Shown here: positions 41,701 to 50,621 of the stretch, piece by piece
How the letters are laid out: each line of letters opens with the position of its first letter
Position numbering within the stretch: position 1 is the first letter of the stretch
Source of the DNA: Candidatus Sulfomarinibacteraceae bacterium
GTDB taxonomy: Bacteria; Acidobacteriota; Thermoanaerobaculia; Thermoanaerobaculales; Sulfomarinibacteraceae
DNA length: 64,000 bases
NCBI GenBank assembly: GCA_963796455.1
Contig: CAWCLO010000006.1
Coordinates: forward strand, 160,001-224,000
Reading direction: 5' to 3'
Notes under the pieces: model-generated
Told to the model about the DNA's origin: nothing
The model's database searches: none
The model's input: only the letters and a program-made list of their open reading frames with translations
Program-made: the position numbers and the translations under genes

Positions 41701-42613
41701 GATCTTTACCTTTGATGGATCGCTACTCCACGACCGTCCGCCCCTGCTCCTCGAGGGCAGCTGTCAGCTCGAATTCGGTACATCGCCGATCGCGGTACTC
41801 GGTGTTCACAATCGATCCCTGAGCGGGATCGACGATCCATCGGACGGCGAACGGGTCCGGCTGAAACGCTACACACAGGCGGAGTCCATCGCGATGATGG
41901 TGCAGGACCTCCAGATCACCGACCCCGACATTCCGTTGGCCGTGGTCGGAGATTTCAACGCCTTTGAGTTCACCGATGGTTATGTGGATTCGGTGGGTAT
42001 CATCAAGGGTGACTTCGTGCCGGCTGAAAGCCTGATCTGCTCAACCGAACCGTGTGCGGATTTGGTGGATCCGGACCTCACAAACCAGGTGCTCAACCTG
42101 CTACCCGACGAACGCTACTCGTTCATATTCCAAGGCAGCGCCCAGGCCCTCGACCACGTGCTCACGAGCGAAGGCCTCGACCCCGAAGTCACCGCCCTCG
42201 CCTTCGGACGCGGCAACGCCGACGCAGCGGTCGAGTTGCGCAGCGACGACACCAGCGCCGCAACCCTACCGCTTCGCGCATCCGACCACGATGGCCTGGT
42301 GCTTTACCTGCTCAAGGACGAGGATGGAGATGGGGTGCCCGACGCAAGCGACTACTGCCCCGGGACGACCGTTCCCGAATCGGTGCCCACGGTACGCCTC
42401 GGCACGAACCGATGGGCGCTGGTGGATGACGATGGGTATTTCGACACCAAGACGCCCAACAGCAAACCACCGAAGCGGTGCTACTCGCTGCAGGACACGG
42501 CAGGCTGCTCGTGTGAGCAGATCATCGAAGCCCTTCACCTCGGCAAGGGACACGAGAAGTTCGGCTGCAGCAACGGCGTGATGGATCACTGGGTCGAAGT
42601 CGTCCAGCACTGA
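38708..42613 (+). CDS. Extracellular nuclease (ExeM/NucH-like): lamin-tail domains + OB-fold + endonuclease/exonuclease/phosphatase domain
   Basis: Signal peptide; LTD repeats (EFIEIHN, IINEIHAD..DEFVEI); EIFEIQG..GFFMQ..TSDGIFVF; LAVQE, VVGDFN, YSFIFQG..LDH, SDHD. Confidence 0.92.
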   Translation: MSKQRFVIVLAVLSMIAAAPGLGAQDLIITGVIDGPLSGGIPKAVEFYAVNAIPDLSIYGFGSANNGGAGGVQEFTFPSLSVSSEAFIYVASETTGFTTFFGFGPDSTSSAANINGDDAIELFQNGSVVDVFGEVGVDGTGQPWEYTDGWAYRVDGTGPDGTTFVLGNWSFSGPNALDGETTNDTAAVPFPIGTYVAGSPPPPAAPDLLLTELVVTPTGGEFIEIHNPTAQNIDLSDVYLTDATFAGGNTFYYNIVTGSNAGGGGFGDFHARFPDGSSIGPGAYQTVSLAGSDDFFAEFSSNPDYELYEDGTPDAIPDMREALPGSINGQGGLTNNGEVVILYTWDGLSDLVADIDYAVWGDKAEAVDKTGISIDGPDADSDTSTYLDDTAIPSQDVVDVGGHAIGTSFQRVDLAEGTETQTGGNGLTGSDETSENLSATWSTDTTPTPGGAYVPPTPPTVWIINEIHADPAGDISGDANNDGERDGSDDEFVEIINVSGSVADISGWTLADGFGVRHVFPAGTIVENQCGVVVFGGGVPTGPFGGVVVQTASGGSLGFNNSGDTVTLNNGSADVAVASYGGEGSDNQSLTLDPDLTGAPWTKHSIATGSGGSLFSPGTLVDGSQFGGCPFVGVEYREIFEIQGNGLVSPYVGQTVLTEDNAVTALAPDGFFMQTPAGRSDGDVDTSDGIFVFTAGAPTVAVGDRVDVTGVVAEFFFFTELNSPTVTIVGAGSVPGAVAFNAAVPTPDPAFPSCAIEFECYEGMKIDVANGTVTGPNQRFGTDPIAEAHIVTYSERAFREPGVEFPGLGMPPIPTWDSNPEVFELDPDKLGLPNQILPGGSTFSATGVLGYEFGGYELWPTELTVDPVTLPRMVWPREIGEFTVGSLNLYRLFDDVDDPIDDQGRNDAVVSTAEYTTRLVKLSAHIRLVLDAPDVLAVQEAEKLGVLEDLADQIAFDDPSISYRAYLVEGNDVGTIDIGFMVRDGVNVDTITQLGKDEIFTFDGSLLHDRPPLLLEGSCQLEFGTSPIAVLGVHNRSLSGIDDPSDGERVRLKRYTQAESIAMMVQDLQITDPDIPLAVVGDFNAFEFTDGYVDSVGIIKGDFVPAESLICSTEPCADLVDPDLTNQVLNLLPDERYSFIFQGSAQALDHVLTSEGLDPEVTALAFGRGNADAAVELRSDDTSAATLPLRASDHDGLVLYLLKDEDGDGVPDASDYCPGTTVPESVPTVRLGTNRWALVDDDGYFDTKTPNSKPPKRCYSLQDTAGCSCEQIIEALHLGKGHEKFGCSNGVMDHWVEVVQH

Positions 42614-42642
42614 TCGCCAAAAAACATTGCCGGCAACATTCC

Positions 42643-42676
42643 GGAGGCGCGCGATGATCGCGCGCCTCCTTTTTTT
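42643..42676 (+). terminator. Rho-independent terminator
   Basis: GGAGGCGCGCGA..TCGCGCGCCTCC stem followed by T7. Confidence 0.88.
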
Positions 42677-42719
42677 GCCCGATTCAGTCCTGCATCTTTT
42701 TCAATATTTCCACCGCGTT

Positions 42720-42910
42720 CATGTTGCCGGGGTCGCTCGGCATCGTGCAGCGCCTGCCAATCGACAGGATTGATCTCAAAGAGGGCCCAACGATCACCAA
42801 ATGTCTGCCAGACGGATTCGAAGATCTCCTCCGGCGAAGCCTCGGTCGCTTCAACCGGGGGCAGAAAACCGGCAGGACCAAAATGACGAAGGCCGCACAA
42901 TACAAAGCCA
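42720..42910 (-). pseudogene. Probable N-terminal remnant of an S41 (tricorn C1-like) peptidase
   Basis: SPEEIFESVWQTFGDRWALFEINPVDWQALHDAERPR resembles the helical N-domain of S41 peptidases; a signal-peptide-like stretch lies in an adjacent frame; no catalytic domain follows. Confidence 0.45.
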
Positions 42911-43101
42911 CTCTCTGCTTTGAAGACTCCCCGGTTGTTCCCGAATACCATGGTTGAAATCCACGACCGCCAGGATCCCTGCAAACGGACTCGACATTTC
43001 GACGACACCCGTTGGATCAGTGTGATGTGGAATAATGTCCACACTCGATACAGATCGCGGCCGAAATCCGGTGACCGCGAAACAGCAGGGAGAAGTACCA
43101 G

Positions 43102-45663
43102 ATGAGCGAGGACCCGAAAGACCCACCTTCAGGCGAAGAGCGGGTGGACACCGATCAGCAGGAAGAAGATCTCGACAGGACGCTCTCGCTGGCCGAGCCC
43201 ACGGAGCCTTATAACGCAGCCACACTCGGCGATGAAGACGCCGCAGGTCGAGCAACCCAAACGGTCCAACCCGAATCGATCGCGGGCTACCGGATCATCG
43301 GCAAGCTGGGTCAGGGCGGAATGGGCGTCGTGTGGGAGGCAGAACAGGAGCGGCCCACACGGCGGGTCGCCCTCAAGGTCCTGCGCCAGGACCACCAGGT
43401 CGACGAATACCACGCCCGCATGTTTCAACGCGAAGTGGAGATCCTGGCACGCCTCAAACACCCCAACATCGGTGCCATCTATGAATCGGGCCACACCGAT
43501 GACGGGCGCGACTACTTCGCCATGGAATTGGTCCGAGGCAAAACCCTTGCGGAGTGGCTCGACAGCCGCCCGCCGCTGGTCGATTCCGACGAACTCGGAC
43601 TCAGGCTGCGTCTCTTTCTGACCATCAGCGATGCTGTCCACTACGCTCACCAGCGGGGAGTCATCCACCGCGACATCAAGCCCTCGAATATCGTTGTCAG
43701 CGATGAACAAAGCTCCGACAGCCACAGCGCAACCGGTTCCGGACACCCGATGGTCAAGATCCTCGACTTCGGGCTCGCCCGCCTGACGGATGTGGATGTC
43801 CAGGCAACCGCAGTCTCCGAAATCGGGCTGATCAAGGGAACGCTGCAATACATGAGCCCCGAGCAGGCCCGGGGCGATATGGACGCCATCGACATCCGAA
43901 CCGATGTCTATGCTCTCGGCGTTATTCTTTACGAGATCCTCACCACCCGCCGGCCATACGACGTTTCTCCCGCAGCGGTCGCCGAGGCGGTTCGGGTGAT
44001 CTGCCAGGACGCACCAAAACCCCTTCGCCAGAGTTGGAGCGGCGCCCGCAAGCTTGATGCGGACCTCGAGACCATCGTCGGCAAGGCCCTGGAAAAGGAG
44101 GCCGACCGGCGCTACGCCTCGGCCGCCGCCATGGCCGACGACATCGAACGCCACCTGGCCTCGCAACCGATCGAGGCCCGTCCCCCAAGTGCCCTCTATC
44201 AGCTTCGGAAATTTGCCGGACGTAATCAGGCGCTGGTCGCCTTTGCCGCCGCCGCGGTGCTGACCCTGATTGTTTTTGCCGTCACCATGACCGTTCAGGC
44301 CAAACGTATTCGCCAGGAGGCCCAACGGGCCAACCGCGAAGCGGCCGCAGCACGTGAGGTCTCGGAGTTCATGATCGGTCTTTTCGATCGCTCGGATCCG
44401 ACCCTGACGCAAGGCAATGATCTGTCGGCCCGCGATGTGCTCGATACCGGAGCTGAACGCATCGAGAAGCTCAGACACCAACCCCAGACCCAGGCCGCGT
44501 TCATGGAGACCATGGGTCGTGTCTTCACCGTTCTCGGTGATTTTGAACGCGCCGAGCCCTTGCTCGACCGGGCGGTCGACATCCGGACCGAGTTCGCTGA
44601 AGACGATGAGATCGCACTCGCCGACAGCCTCCACCACCAGGCCAACGTGCTCGACCAGACCGGTCGCTACGATGAAGCGGAAGTCGCGATCCGACGGGCG
44701 GTGGAGATCCGCGAACGAAAGCTGGGCGACGACCCCAGCGTGGCTTCCTGTCTCAACGTTCTCGGCAACGTTCTCTGGCATCAGGGACGTCTGGACGAGG
44801 CCGAGGTGGTGCACCGGAAGGCCCTGGCCATCCGCGAACAGGCACTGCCGGCGGATGATCCGAAGATTGCCCAAAGCCTCCACAACCTCGGGGCGCTGCG
44901 CTACTTCGCTGCCGATTACGTCGAAGCCGAGCGTCTCTACCGCCGGTCGATCGAGATCGAAGAAGCAGCCTTCGGCCGCGACAACCACAACCTGGCAACC
45001 AGCCTCCACACCCTCGCCATCGTCTACCAGGACCAGGACCGTTTTGAAGAGGCCCTGGACCTCGAACGGCAATCGCTTGCAATCAGGGAAAAGGTGCTCG
45101 GTCCTGACCATCCACACGTTGCTCTGAGCTTGACCACCCTCGGAAATATCTACCGCGCCACCGGCCGGGCCGAGGAAGCCGAAACACTGATCCGTCGCGC
45201 CATCGTGATCTCCGATGCCTCCTATGGACCCGATCATGGCGAGACGTGGTGGATGCGGCGTAGTCTCGCTCGAACCTTGATCGCGCTCGAAAAATACGCG
45301 GCCACCGAAAGAGAGCTTGCGATCCTTACTGAACTCGTGAAATCTTCCGATGACCCGACGGAGGAGGCAGGGGTCCTCGAGATCTATGGCGAACTCTATC
45401 TGGCGCAGGGTCAGTACGAGATTTCCGAGGACCACTACCGCCGCGCCATCACGATCCTGGCCGCTGACTCACCGGGAAGTCCCTGGGTCGGATACACGAT
45501 GGCCGGTCTGGCGAGGGTCTACCGCGAGGCCGACCGTATCGATGAAGCCGGGACCACCTTCAACCGAGCCATCGAACTCATGGGGGCGGGCTGGGGCACC
45601 GACGATCCCGACTATCGCCGGGCGACCGAAGAACTGGCTGAATTGGAGTCAAGATCCCGGTAA
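43102..45663 (+). CDS. Transmembrane Ser/Thr protein kinase with TPR repeats (intact)
   Basis: LGQGGMGVVW, VALK, HPNIG, IHRDIKPSN, ILDFGLA, GTLQYMSPEQ, TM helix, kinesin-light-chain-like TPRs. Confidence 0.95.
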   Translation: MSEDPKDPPSGEERVDTDQQEEDLDRTLSLAEPTEPYNAATLGDEDAAGRATQTVQPESIAGYRIIGKLGQGGMGVVWEAEQERPTRRVALKVLRQDHQVDEYHARMFQREVEILARLKHPNIGAIYESGHTDDGRDYFAMELVRGKTLAEWLDSRPPLVDSDELGLRLRLFLTISDAVHYAHQRGVIHRDIKPSNIVVSDEQSSDSHSATGSGHPMVKILDFGLARLTDVDVQATAVSEIGLIKGTLQYMSPEQARGDMDAIDIRTDVYALGVILYEILTTRRPYDVSPAAVAEAVRVICQDAPKPLRQSWSGARKLDADLETIVGKALEKEADRRYASAAAMADDIERHLASQPIEARPPSALYQLRKFAGRNQALVAFAAAAVLTLIVFAVTMTVQAKRIRQEAQRANREAAAAREVSEFMIGLFDRSDPTLTQGNDLSARDVLDTGAERIEKLRHQPQTQAAFMETMGRVFTVLGDFERAEPLLDRAVDIRTEFAEDDEIALADSLHHQANVLDQTGRYDEAEVAIRRAVEIRERKLGDDPSVASCLNVLGNVLWHQGRLDEAEVVHRKALAIREQALPADDPKIAQSLHNLGALRYFAADYVEAERLYRRSIEIEEAAFGRDNHNLATSLHTLAIVYQDQDRFEEALDLERQSLAIREKVLGPDHPHVALSLTTLGNIYRATGRAEEAETLIRRAIVISDASYGPDHGETWWMRRSLARTLIALEKYAATERELAILTELVKSSDDPTEEAGVLEIYGELYLAQGQYEISEDHYRRAITILAADSPGSPWVGYTMAGLARVYREADRIDEAGTTFNRAIELMGAGWGTDDPDYRRATEELAELESRSR

Positions 45664-45768
45664 AACAGTCGCCGCTGTTTCAATTTCAAACATCAGTGGA
45701 TCTGAAAACCTGTTCAAGCGGCTCAAATCCTGGCATCGACCTTGCTCTAGTCCTCTATGGAGGCGCAG

Positions 45769-45975
45769 ATGCCCTATTGGATACATGAAAATGGCGAAAC
45801 CACCGGTCCGATGCGGGCCATAGATGTCCTCCGACGCGCAACACCCGGAGTCCAGGTCAGTGACGGCCAGGTATGGTTCCGCCTCGATGATCCCGCCGAC
45901 GACGGCAACCAGATTCCCCCCGATACCGACCACGGCGAGCCCAGATCGAATCAGGCCCACATGACGATTCGTTAG
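45769..45975 (+). CDS. Small protein, GYF_2/DUF4339-like
   Basis: GGAGG RBS; MPYWIHENGETTGPM...QVSDGQVW resembles the W...nG...GP pattern of GYF_2. Confidence 0.5.
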   Translation: MPYWIHENGETTGPMRAIDVLRRATPGVQVSDGQVWFRLDDPADDGNQIPPDTDHGEPRSNQAHMTIR

Positions 45976-48900
45976 GTGAAACGCTGAACCCGGCCCTCTT
46001 TGCTGGTCAGAAACGAACACATCGCCGGCACAACAAAAAGTGTCAGCGCGGTTCCCACCAAAAGCCCGCCGATCACCGCAACACCCATGGGAATGCGGCT
46101 CTCTGCGCCCGCTCCGAGACCGAGCGCAATCGGCATGATACCGAGCACTGTCGAGAGGCTGGTCATCAGGACCGGTCGAAAGCGTGATGTCGCACCCTCG
46201 ATGATGGACTCGGTCACCGAGCTTCCCGCCGCCTTACGCTGGTTCGCGAATTCGACGATCAGGATCCCGTTTTTGGTCACCAACCCAATCAACATGATCA
46301 TTCCGATCTGGCTGAAGATGTTGATGGTCTGGTTGAAGTACCAGAGTGAGAACAGGGCGCCGGCGAGGGCCAGTGGAACCGTGAACATGATGATCAGCGG
46401 ATCGCGAAAGCTCTCGAACTGGGCGGCCAGAACCAGGTAGACCAGCACCAGGGCCAGAACAAATACAAAAAGCAGACTGGTCGCGCTTTCGGCGAAATCT
46501 CGCGACTCGCCCGCGAGCGTGGATGAAAAACTGTCGTCCAGGACCCCATCCGCAATCCGCTCCATGGCGTCGATTCCATCGCCGATGGTTTTGCCCGGCG
46601 CCAATGCGGCCGATACGGTGGCAGATTCGTATCGATCGAAACGAAAGATCTGCGGCGGACTGCTGGTCTCGGTGACCCGCACCAATTTGTCGAGCAGGAC
46701 CGGTGCCTGGCCTGGCGCGGTGACATAGAGATTGCGTAGATCGACGGTCTCGTCACGCGCGCCACGCATCACCTGGCCGATCACCTCGTACTGCTTGCCA
46801 TCCATGACGAAATATCCCAGACGCTGTTCGCTCAAGGCGAACTGCAGGGTCTGGGCGATGCGCAGCGCCGAGACGCCCAGATCCTGCGCCCGTTCTCGAT
46901 CGATCTCGACCCGGAGCTCCGGTTTGTCGAATTTGAGGTTGACATCGACGTAGGTGAAGGTCGGGTCAGATCGCGCGGCCGACAGGAACGGCGGAAGCAC
47001 ATCCTGCAGCCTCTCCATATTCGGCGCCTGGATCACGAATTGAACCGGCAGGCCCCGGCGCCGGCCAACGGCGATGGTTGGAGGCTGAGAGACGTAGGTT
47101 TGGGCATCGGTCAACCGGGCGACGTCGCGCGCCAGGGCATTGGCGATCTCAGCCTGGGTTCGTTGGCGCTGATCGGGCTCTACCAGCGTGATCCGGCCAA
47201 AGCCCGAGTTGACCGCTGAAGCCGCTCCGAAACCCGGCGCGGTGACCGTGATCGTGGTTTCCGATTCGGGCACATCCTCGGACATCAGGGTGTTGAGCCG
47301 ATCCATGAACCGGTCCATATACGAAAACGTCGCACCTTCAGGGCCCCGAACCGTCAGGCTGATCTGACTCCGGTCCTCGAGTGGGGCCATCTCCCGAGGC
47401 AGCACATTGAGGAAGAGAGCCACCAGAGCAAAACACAGCAGGATGACCGGGACGGCCAACCAGCGCCGTTGAAGAAGACCCGTGAGACTTTCCTTATAGG
47501 AAGTTGCCAACGCTTTGAAAAACGGCTCGGTCGATCGGTAGAACCATGGTTGCCGCGCTCGTTTTTTCAACAACCGGGTCGCCAGCATAGGCGTCAGCGT
47601 CAGGGCGACGAATGAGGAGATGACCACCGCGCCCGCCAGAGTCACACCGAACTCCCTGAACAAGCGGCCGACGAGACCACCCAAAAACAGAATCGGCATG
47701 AAAACGGCCACCAGGGCCACGGTGGTCGCAATCACTGCAAAGAAGATCTCGCGGGTTCCTTCGACACCGGCCTCCTGGGGACTGAGACCAGCCTCGATCT
47801 TTGCGTAGATCACCTCGACAACCACGATGGCGTCGTCCACCACCAATCCGATCGCCAGCACCAGGGCCAGGAGCGTGAGCACATTGAGCGAGAATCCGGC
47901 CAGATACATGACGAAACACGAGCCGATCAGGGCCACCGGAATCACCACCACCGGGATCAAGGTGGTGCGCCAATCGCGGAGGAAGAGAAAGATCACCAGC
48001 ATGACCAGACCAAATGCGATCAAAATCGTCTGACGTACCTCGGCCACCGATTTTCGGATGTATCGGCTGGAGTCGAATCCCCATCCCACTTCGATATCCG
48101 CCGGCAGGCCTCGCTGGATCACACCGACTCGGCGCTTGAATTCGTCCGCGATGGCGATGTAGTTGGCACCGGGCTGGGGCGTCACCACCACCAGAACCAT
48201 CGGGATGCCGTCGCGCTTCAAAACCGTTCGCTCGTTGCGAGGACCGAGTTCCGCCATGCCTACATCCCGCAGCCGGATGATCCGGTCACCCTCGCTCTTC
48301 AGGATCAGATCGTTGAACTCCTCCGGAGTATCGAGCCGACTCATGGTCCGAACCGGGAGCTCGACCTCGGAGCCCTCGATCCGCCCGGAGGGCAACTCGA
48401 CATTCTCTCTTGAAACAGCGTCGCGGACGTCGATCGGCGAGAGGCGGAAGGCGGCGAGCTTCTGGGGATCCAACCACAGTCTCATGGCGTAGGTCTTCTC
48501 GCCCCAGATCGCGACATTCGCGACATTGGGAATCGTCTGCAACCGTTCGACAAAGGTTTCTTGCGCGATCCTACTCAGCTCGAGCAGATTCCGGCTGTCG
48601 CTGCGCACCGTGATCGCAGCGATCGGCCGTGCATCCGCATCCGCCTTCGAGACGATCGGCGGTTCAACATCCGGGGGCAGGCTGCGCATCGCCTGGGAAA
48701 CCTTGTCGCGAACATCGTTGGCGGCCCGCTCGAGATCAGTGCCAAGTCCGAACTCGGTCTGAATGGTGCTGCGACCGTCGCGGCTTGTCGAAGTCAGGGT
48801 CCGAATGCCTTCGACGCCGTTGACGGCCGCCTCGAGCGGCTCGGTGATCTGCGACTCGATCACGTCAGCGGAAGCTCCCCGATAGGAGGTAGAAACCGAG

Positions 48901-49034
48901 ATATTGGGCGGATCGAGGGAAGGGAACTCCCTGACACCGAGGAATGAGAGTCCGAGCAATCCAAAGAGCACGATCACAACCGACATCACGATCGCCAGGA
49001 CCGGGCGCCGGATGCTGAGGGTGTAAAGAGTCAT
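45972..49034 (-). CDS. RND efflux transporter permease (AcrB/MdtC-like)
   Basis: IRRPVLA, GLVVDDAIVVVE, GLVTKNGILIVEFAN, RFRPVLMTS; 1020 aa. Confidence 0.96.
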   Translation of the reverse strand: MTLYTLSIRRPVLAIVMSVVIVLFGLLGLSFLGVREFPSLDPPNISVSTSYRGASADVIESQITEPLEAAVNGVEGIRTLTSTSRDGRSTIQTEFGLGTDLERAANDVRDKVSQAMRSLPPDVEPPIVSKADADARPIAAITVRSDSRNLLELSRIAQETFVERLQTIPNVANVAIWGEKTYAMRLWLDPQKLAAFRLSPIDVRDAVSRENVELPSGRIEGSEVELPVRTMSRLDTPEEFNDLILKSEGDRIIRLRDVGMAELGPRNERTVLKRDGIPMVLVVVTPQPGANYIAIADEFKRRVGVIQRGLPADIEVGWGFDSSRYIRKSVAEVRQTILIAFGLVMLVIFLFLRDWRTTLIPVVVIPVALIGSCFVMYLAGFSLNVLTLLALVLAIGLVVDDAIVVVEVIYAKIEAGLSPQEAGVEGTREIFFAVIATTVALVAVFMPILFLGGLVGRLFREFGVTLAGAVVISSFVALTLTPMLATRLLKKRARQPWFYRSTEPFFKALATSYKESLTGLLQRRWLAVPVILLCFALVALFLNVLPREMAPLEDRSQISLTVRGPEGATFSYMDRFMDRLNTLMSEDVPESETTITVTAPGFGAASAVNSGFGRITLVEPDQRQRTQAEIANALARDVARLTDAQTYVSQPPTIAVGRRRGLPVQFVIQAPNMERLQDVLPPFLSAARSDPTFTYVDVNLKFDKPELRVEIDRERAQDLGVSALRIAQTLQFALSEQRLGYFVMDGKQYEVIGQVMRGARDETVDLRNLYVTAPGQAPVLLDKLVRVTETSSPPQIFRFDRYESATVSAALAPGKTIGDGIDAMERIADGVLDDSFSSTLAGESRDFAESATSLLFVFVLALVLVYLVLAAQFESFRDPLIIMFTVPLALAGALFSLWYFNQTINIFSQIGMIMLIGLVTKNGILIVEFANQRKAAGSSVTESIIEGATSRFRPVLMTSLSTVLGIMPIALGLGAGAESRIPMGVAVIGGLLVGTALTLFVVPAMCSFLTSKEGRVQRFT

Positions 49035-50122
49035 GACGCCGATCCGGCCGCAGGCGGAATTTCCTCGACCTCGATTTCGAGGCCCGGCCGCATCTGCAGA
49101 ATGCCGGACGTGATCACCAAATCGCCCACCGCGAGACCGCTGGTGATCTGGACCGCAGTCTCCGAACGAATACCGGTTTCGACCGAGCGCGGCTGGGCGG
49201 CACCCTTTTCATAGACAAACACCTTTTTCCCGCCGAGTTCCGGGATAACGGCGATCGATGGCACCGTCAACGCGTCCGGAATCGAACGCAGGACGAGGTC
49301 CACATTGGCAAAGGCCCCGGGGACCAGTATGCCGTCGGGATTCGGGCATCGGGCGCGCATCCGCAGCGAGCGGGTCTGAGCATCGACACTCGGCTCGATG
49401 GCATAGATCGTTCCTGGAAAGCTCTGTTCCGATCCCTCGACGGCGAAGGAAATCTCTTCACCCACCTGCAACAACGCAGAGTATTTCTCCGGTACGGAGA
49501 AATCCAGTTTGACCGGGTCCAGGTCGTTCAGCGAAGCAATCGTCGTCTGCGATGAGAGATAGCTCCCTGGGCTCACCCACCTCAGGCCGATGATCCCGCT
49601 GAAGGGTGCGCGGATCTCTGTTTTCAGGAGTTGCGCCTCGATCTGCTGCAGCTCGGCGCGAAGGACGTTGAGCTCGCCGAGCGCCACGTCGTAGTTTTCG
49701 CTCGAGATGACCCCGTCGGCAAGCAGCTGTTTCTGGCGGGCCTCGGCGCGCTCGGAGAGTTCGACCCGAAAGAGGGCCCGCTGCCGATCGGCCAGGAGCT
49801 CGGAATCGTCGATTTTCAAAAGCAGCGCTCCGGCACCGACCGGACTGCCTTCCTTGAAGTGGATCGAGGAGATCTTGCCCGAGATCTCGCTCACGATATC
49901 CACCTCCTCGTTGGCGCGAACGGTTCCGGTGGTGGCAAGCCGCTCGGTGAGGTGGATCGGGCTGACCTGATGCACACTGACCCGAAGTGGCTCCTGCAGA
50001 GGCCCGCCGGTCTCGGGAGCAGCAGTTCGGCGCATCTCCATCAACTTGGGTATCGCCAACAGGGCGAGAACAACCAGCACGACAGCAATGCCAACGCGCC
50101 TTCGTGGGATCACTCTCATCAT
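49031..50122 (-). CDS. RND efflux periplasmic adaptor (MFP) subunit
   Basis: TM anchor, SEISGKI..F.EG, TEIRAPFSGIIG, LDFSVPE, GLAVGDLVITSG; overlaps permease start. Confidence 0.94.
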   Translation of the reverse strand: MMRVIPRRRVGIAVVLVVLALLAIPKLMEMRRTAAPETGGPLQEPLRVSVHQVSPIHLTERLATTGTVRANEEVDIVSEISGKISSIHFKEGSPVGAGALLLKIDDSELLADRQRALFRVELSERAEARQKQLLADGVISSENYDVALGELNVLRAELQQIEAQLLKTEIRAPFSGIIGLRWVSPGSYLSSQTTIASLNDLDPVKLDFSVPEKYSALLQVGEEISFAVEGSEQSFPGTIYAIEPSVDAQTRSLRMRARCPNPDGILVPGAFANVDLVLRSIPDALTVPSIAVIPELGGKKVFVYEKGAAQPRSVETGIRSETAVQITSGLAVGDLVITSGILQMRPGLEIEVEEIPPAAGSAS

Positions 50123-50187
50123 TTCTCCGATCTTCGCGTCATGCCTCCGAACTCGAAGCGGCTCGAGGGGAGGTCTGTTTTATAGCA

Positions 50188-50286
50188 CGGGGCAGGAATC
50201 CTCATGACAAGCTCGATCGCGATTCCAGCTGCTTCGGGGGCTTTCGAGTGGGCAATGAGGTTGGTGTTCGTGGCGGCGTTGGACAT
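50188..50286 (-). pseudogene. 5' fragment of a four-helix-bundle (23S IVP/Avd-like) protein gene
   Basis: AGAGGTG RBS then MSNAATNTNLIAHSKAPEAAGIAIELVMRIPAP, recalled as the N-terminus of four-helix-bundle proteins; the expected DQ..R.A.S...N.AEG core is absent. Confidence 0.5.
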
Positions 50287-50423
50287 GGTCACCTCTGGGT
50301 CGTTCATGCCCATACCCACAAGCCGGTGTGGCGGCCGATGTCAAGGGTGCCCTGCACCCTGCCTGTCTTTGACATCGGCCGCCCACCGGCTACCCCCTTC
50401 TGTTGAACGACCCGGTGGTGGCC
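50287..50423. repeat. Long nested inverted repeat (stem-loop) upstream of the four-helix-bundle fragment
   Basis: GGGTCGTTCA(50297-50306)/TGAACGACCC(50404-50413); AGCCGGTG-T-GGCGGCCGATGTCAA(50321-50344)/TTGACATCGGCCGCC-CACCGGCT(50369-50391). Confidence 0.85.
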
Positions 50424-50460
50424 TCGCCGTTACGGCACCTGATTGCTGCCACTGAATTCT

Positions 50461-50605
50461 GTCGCTGATTGCTGATCGCTGTTCCCTGTCGCTGCTATCT
50501 GGCGCTGTCGCTGTTCGCTGGCGCCTGTTCGCTGCCGCTGCCGCTGGACACTGTCGCTGCAATTCGGACGCGGACACGGGCAAATGCGAACCGAATATTC
50601 CAACA
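50461..50605 (-). repeat. Dispersed non-coding repeat, copy B
   Basis: Reverse-complement homolog of 1990-2136; begins 17 nt after the ecsC-like stop. Confidence 0.8.
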
Positions 50606-50621
50606 TCCGCCTCGTGATCGA

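Noticed and set aside
43129..45435. 768-aa antisense ORF (likewise 38942-40357, 16671-17921, 53017-54243 and others)
   Set aside because: Shadow ORFs opposite well-supported genes, expected from high-GC codon bias; no motifs
50188..50605. Diversity-generating retroelement
   Set aside because: Only an Avd-fold-like fragment; no reverse transcriptase or TR/VR pair with A-specific mismatches in the window
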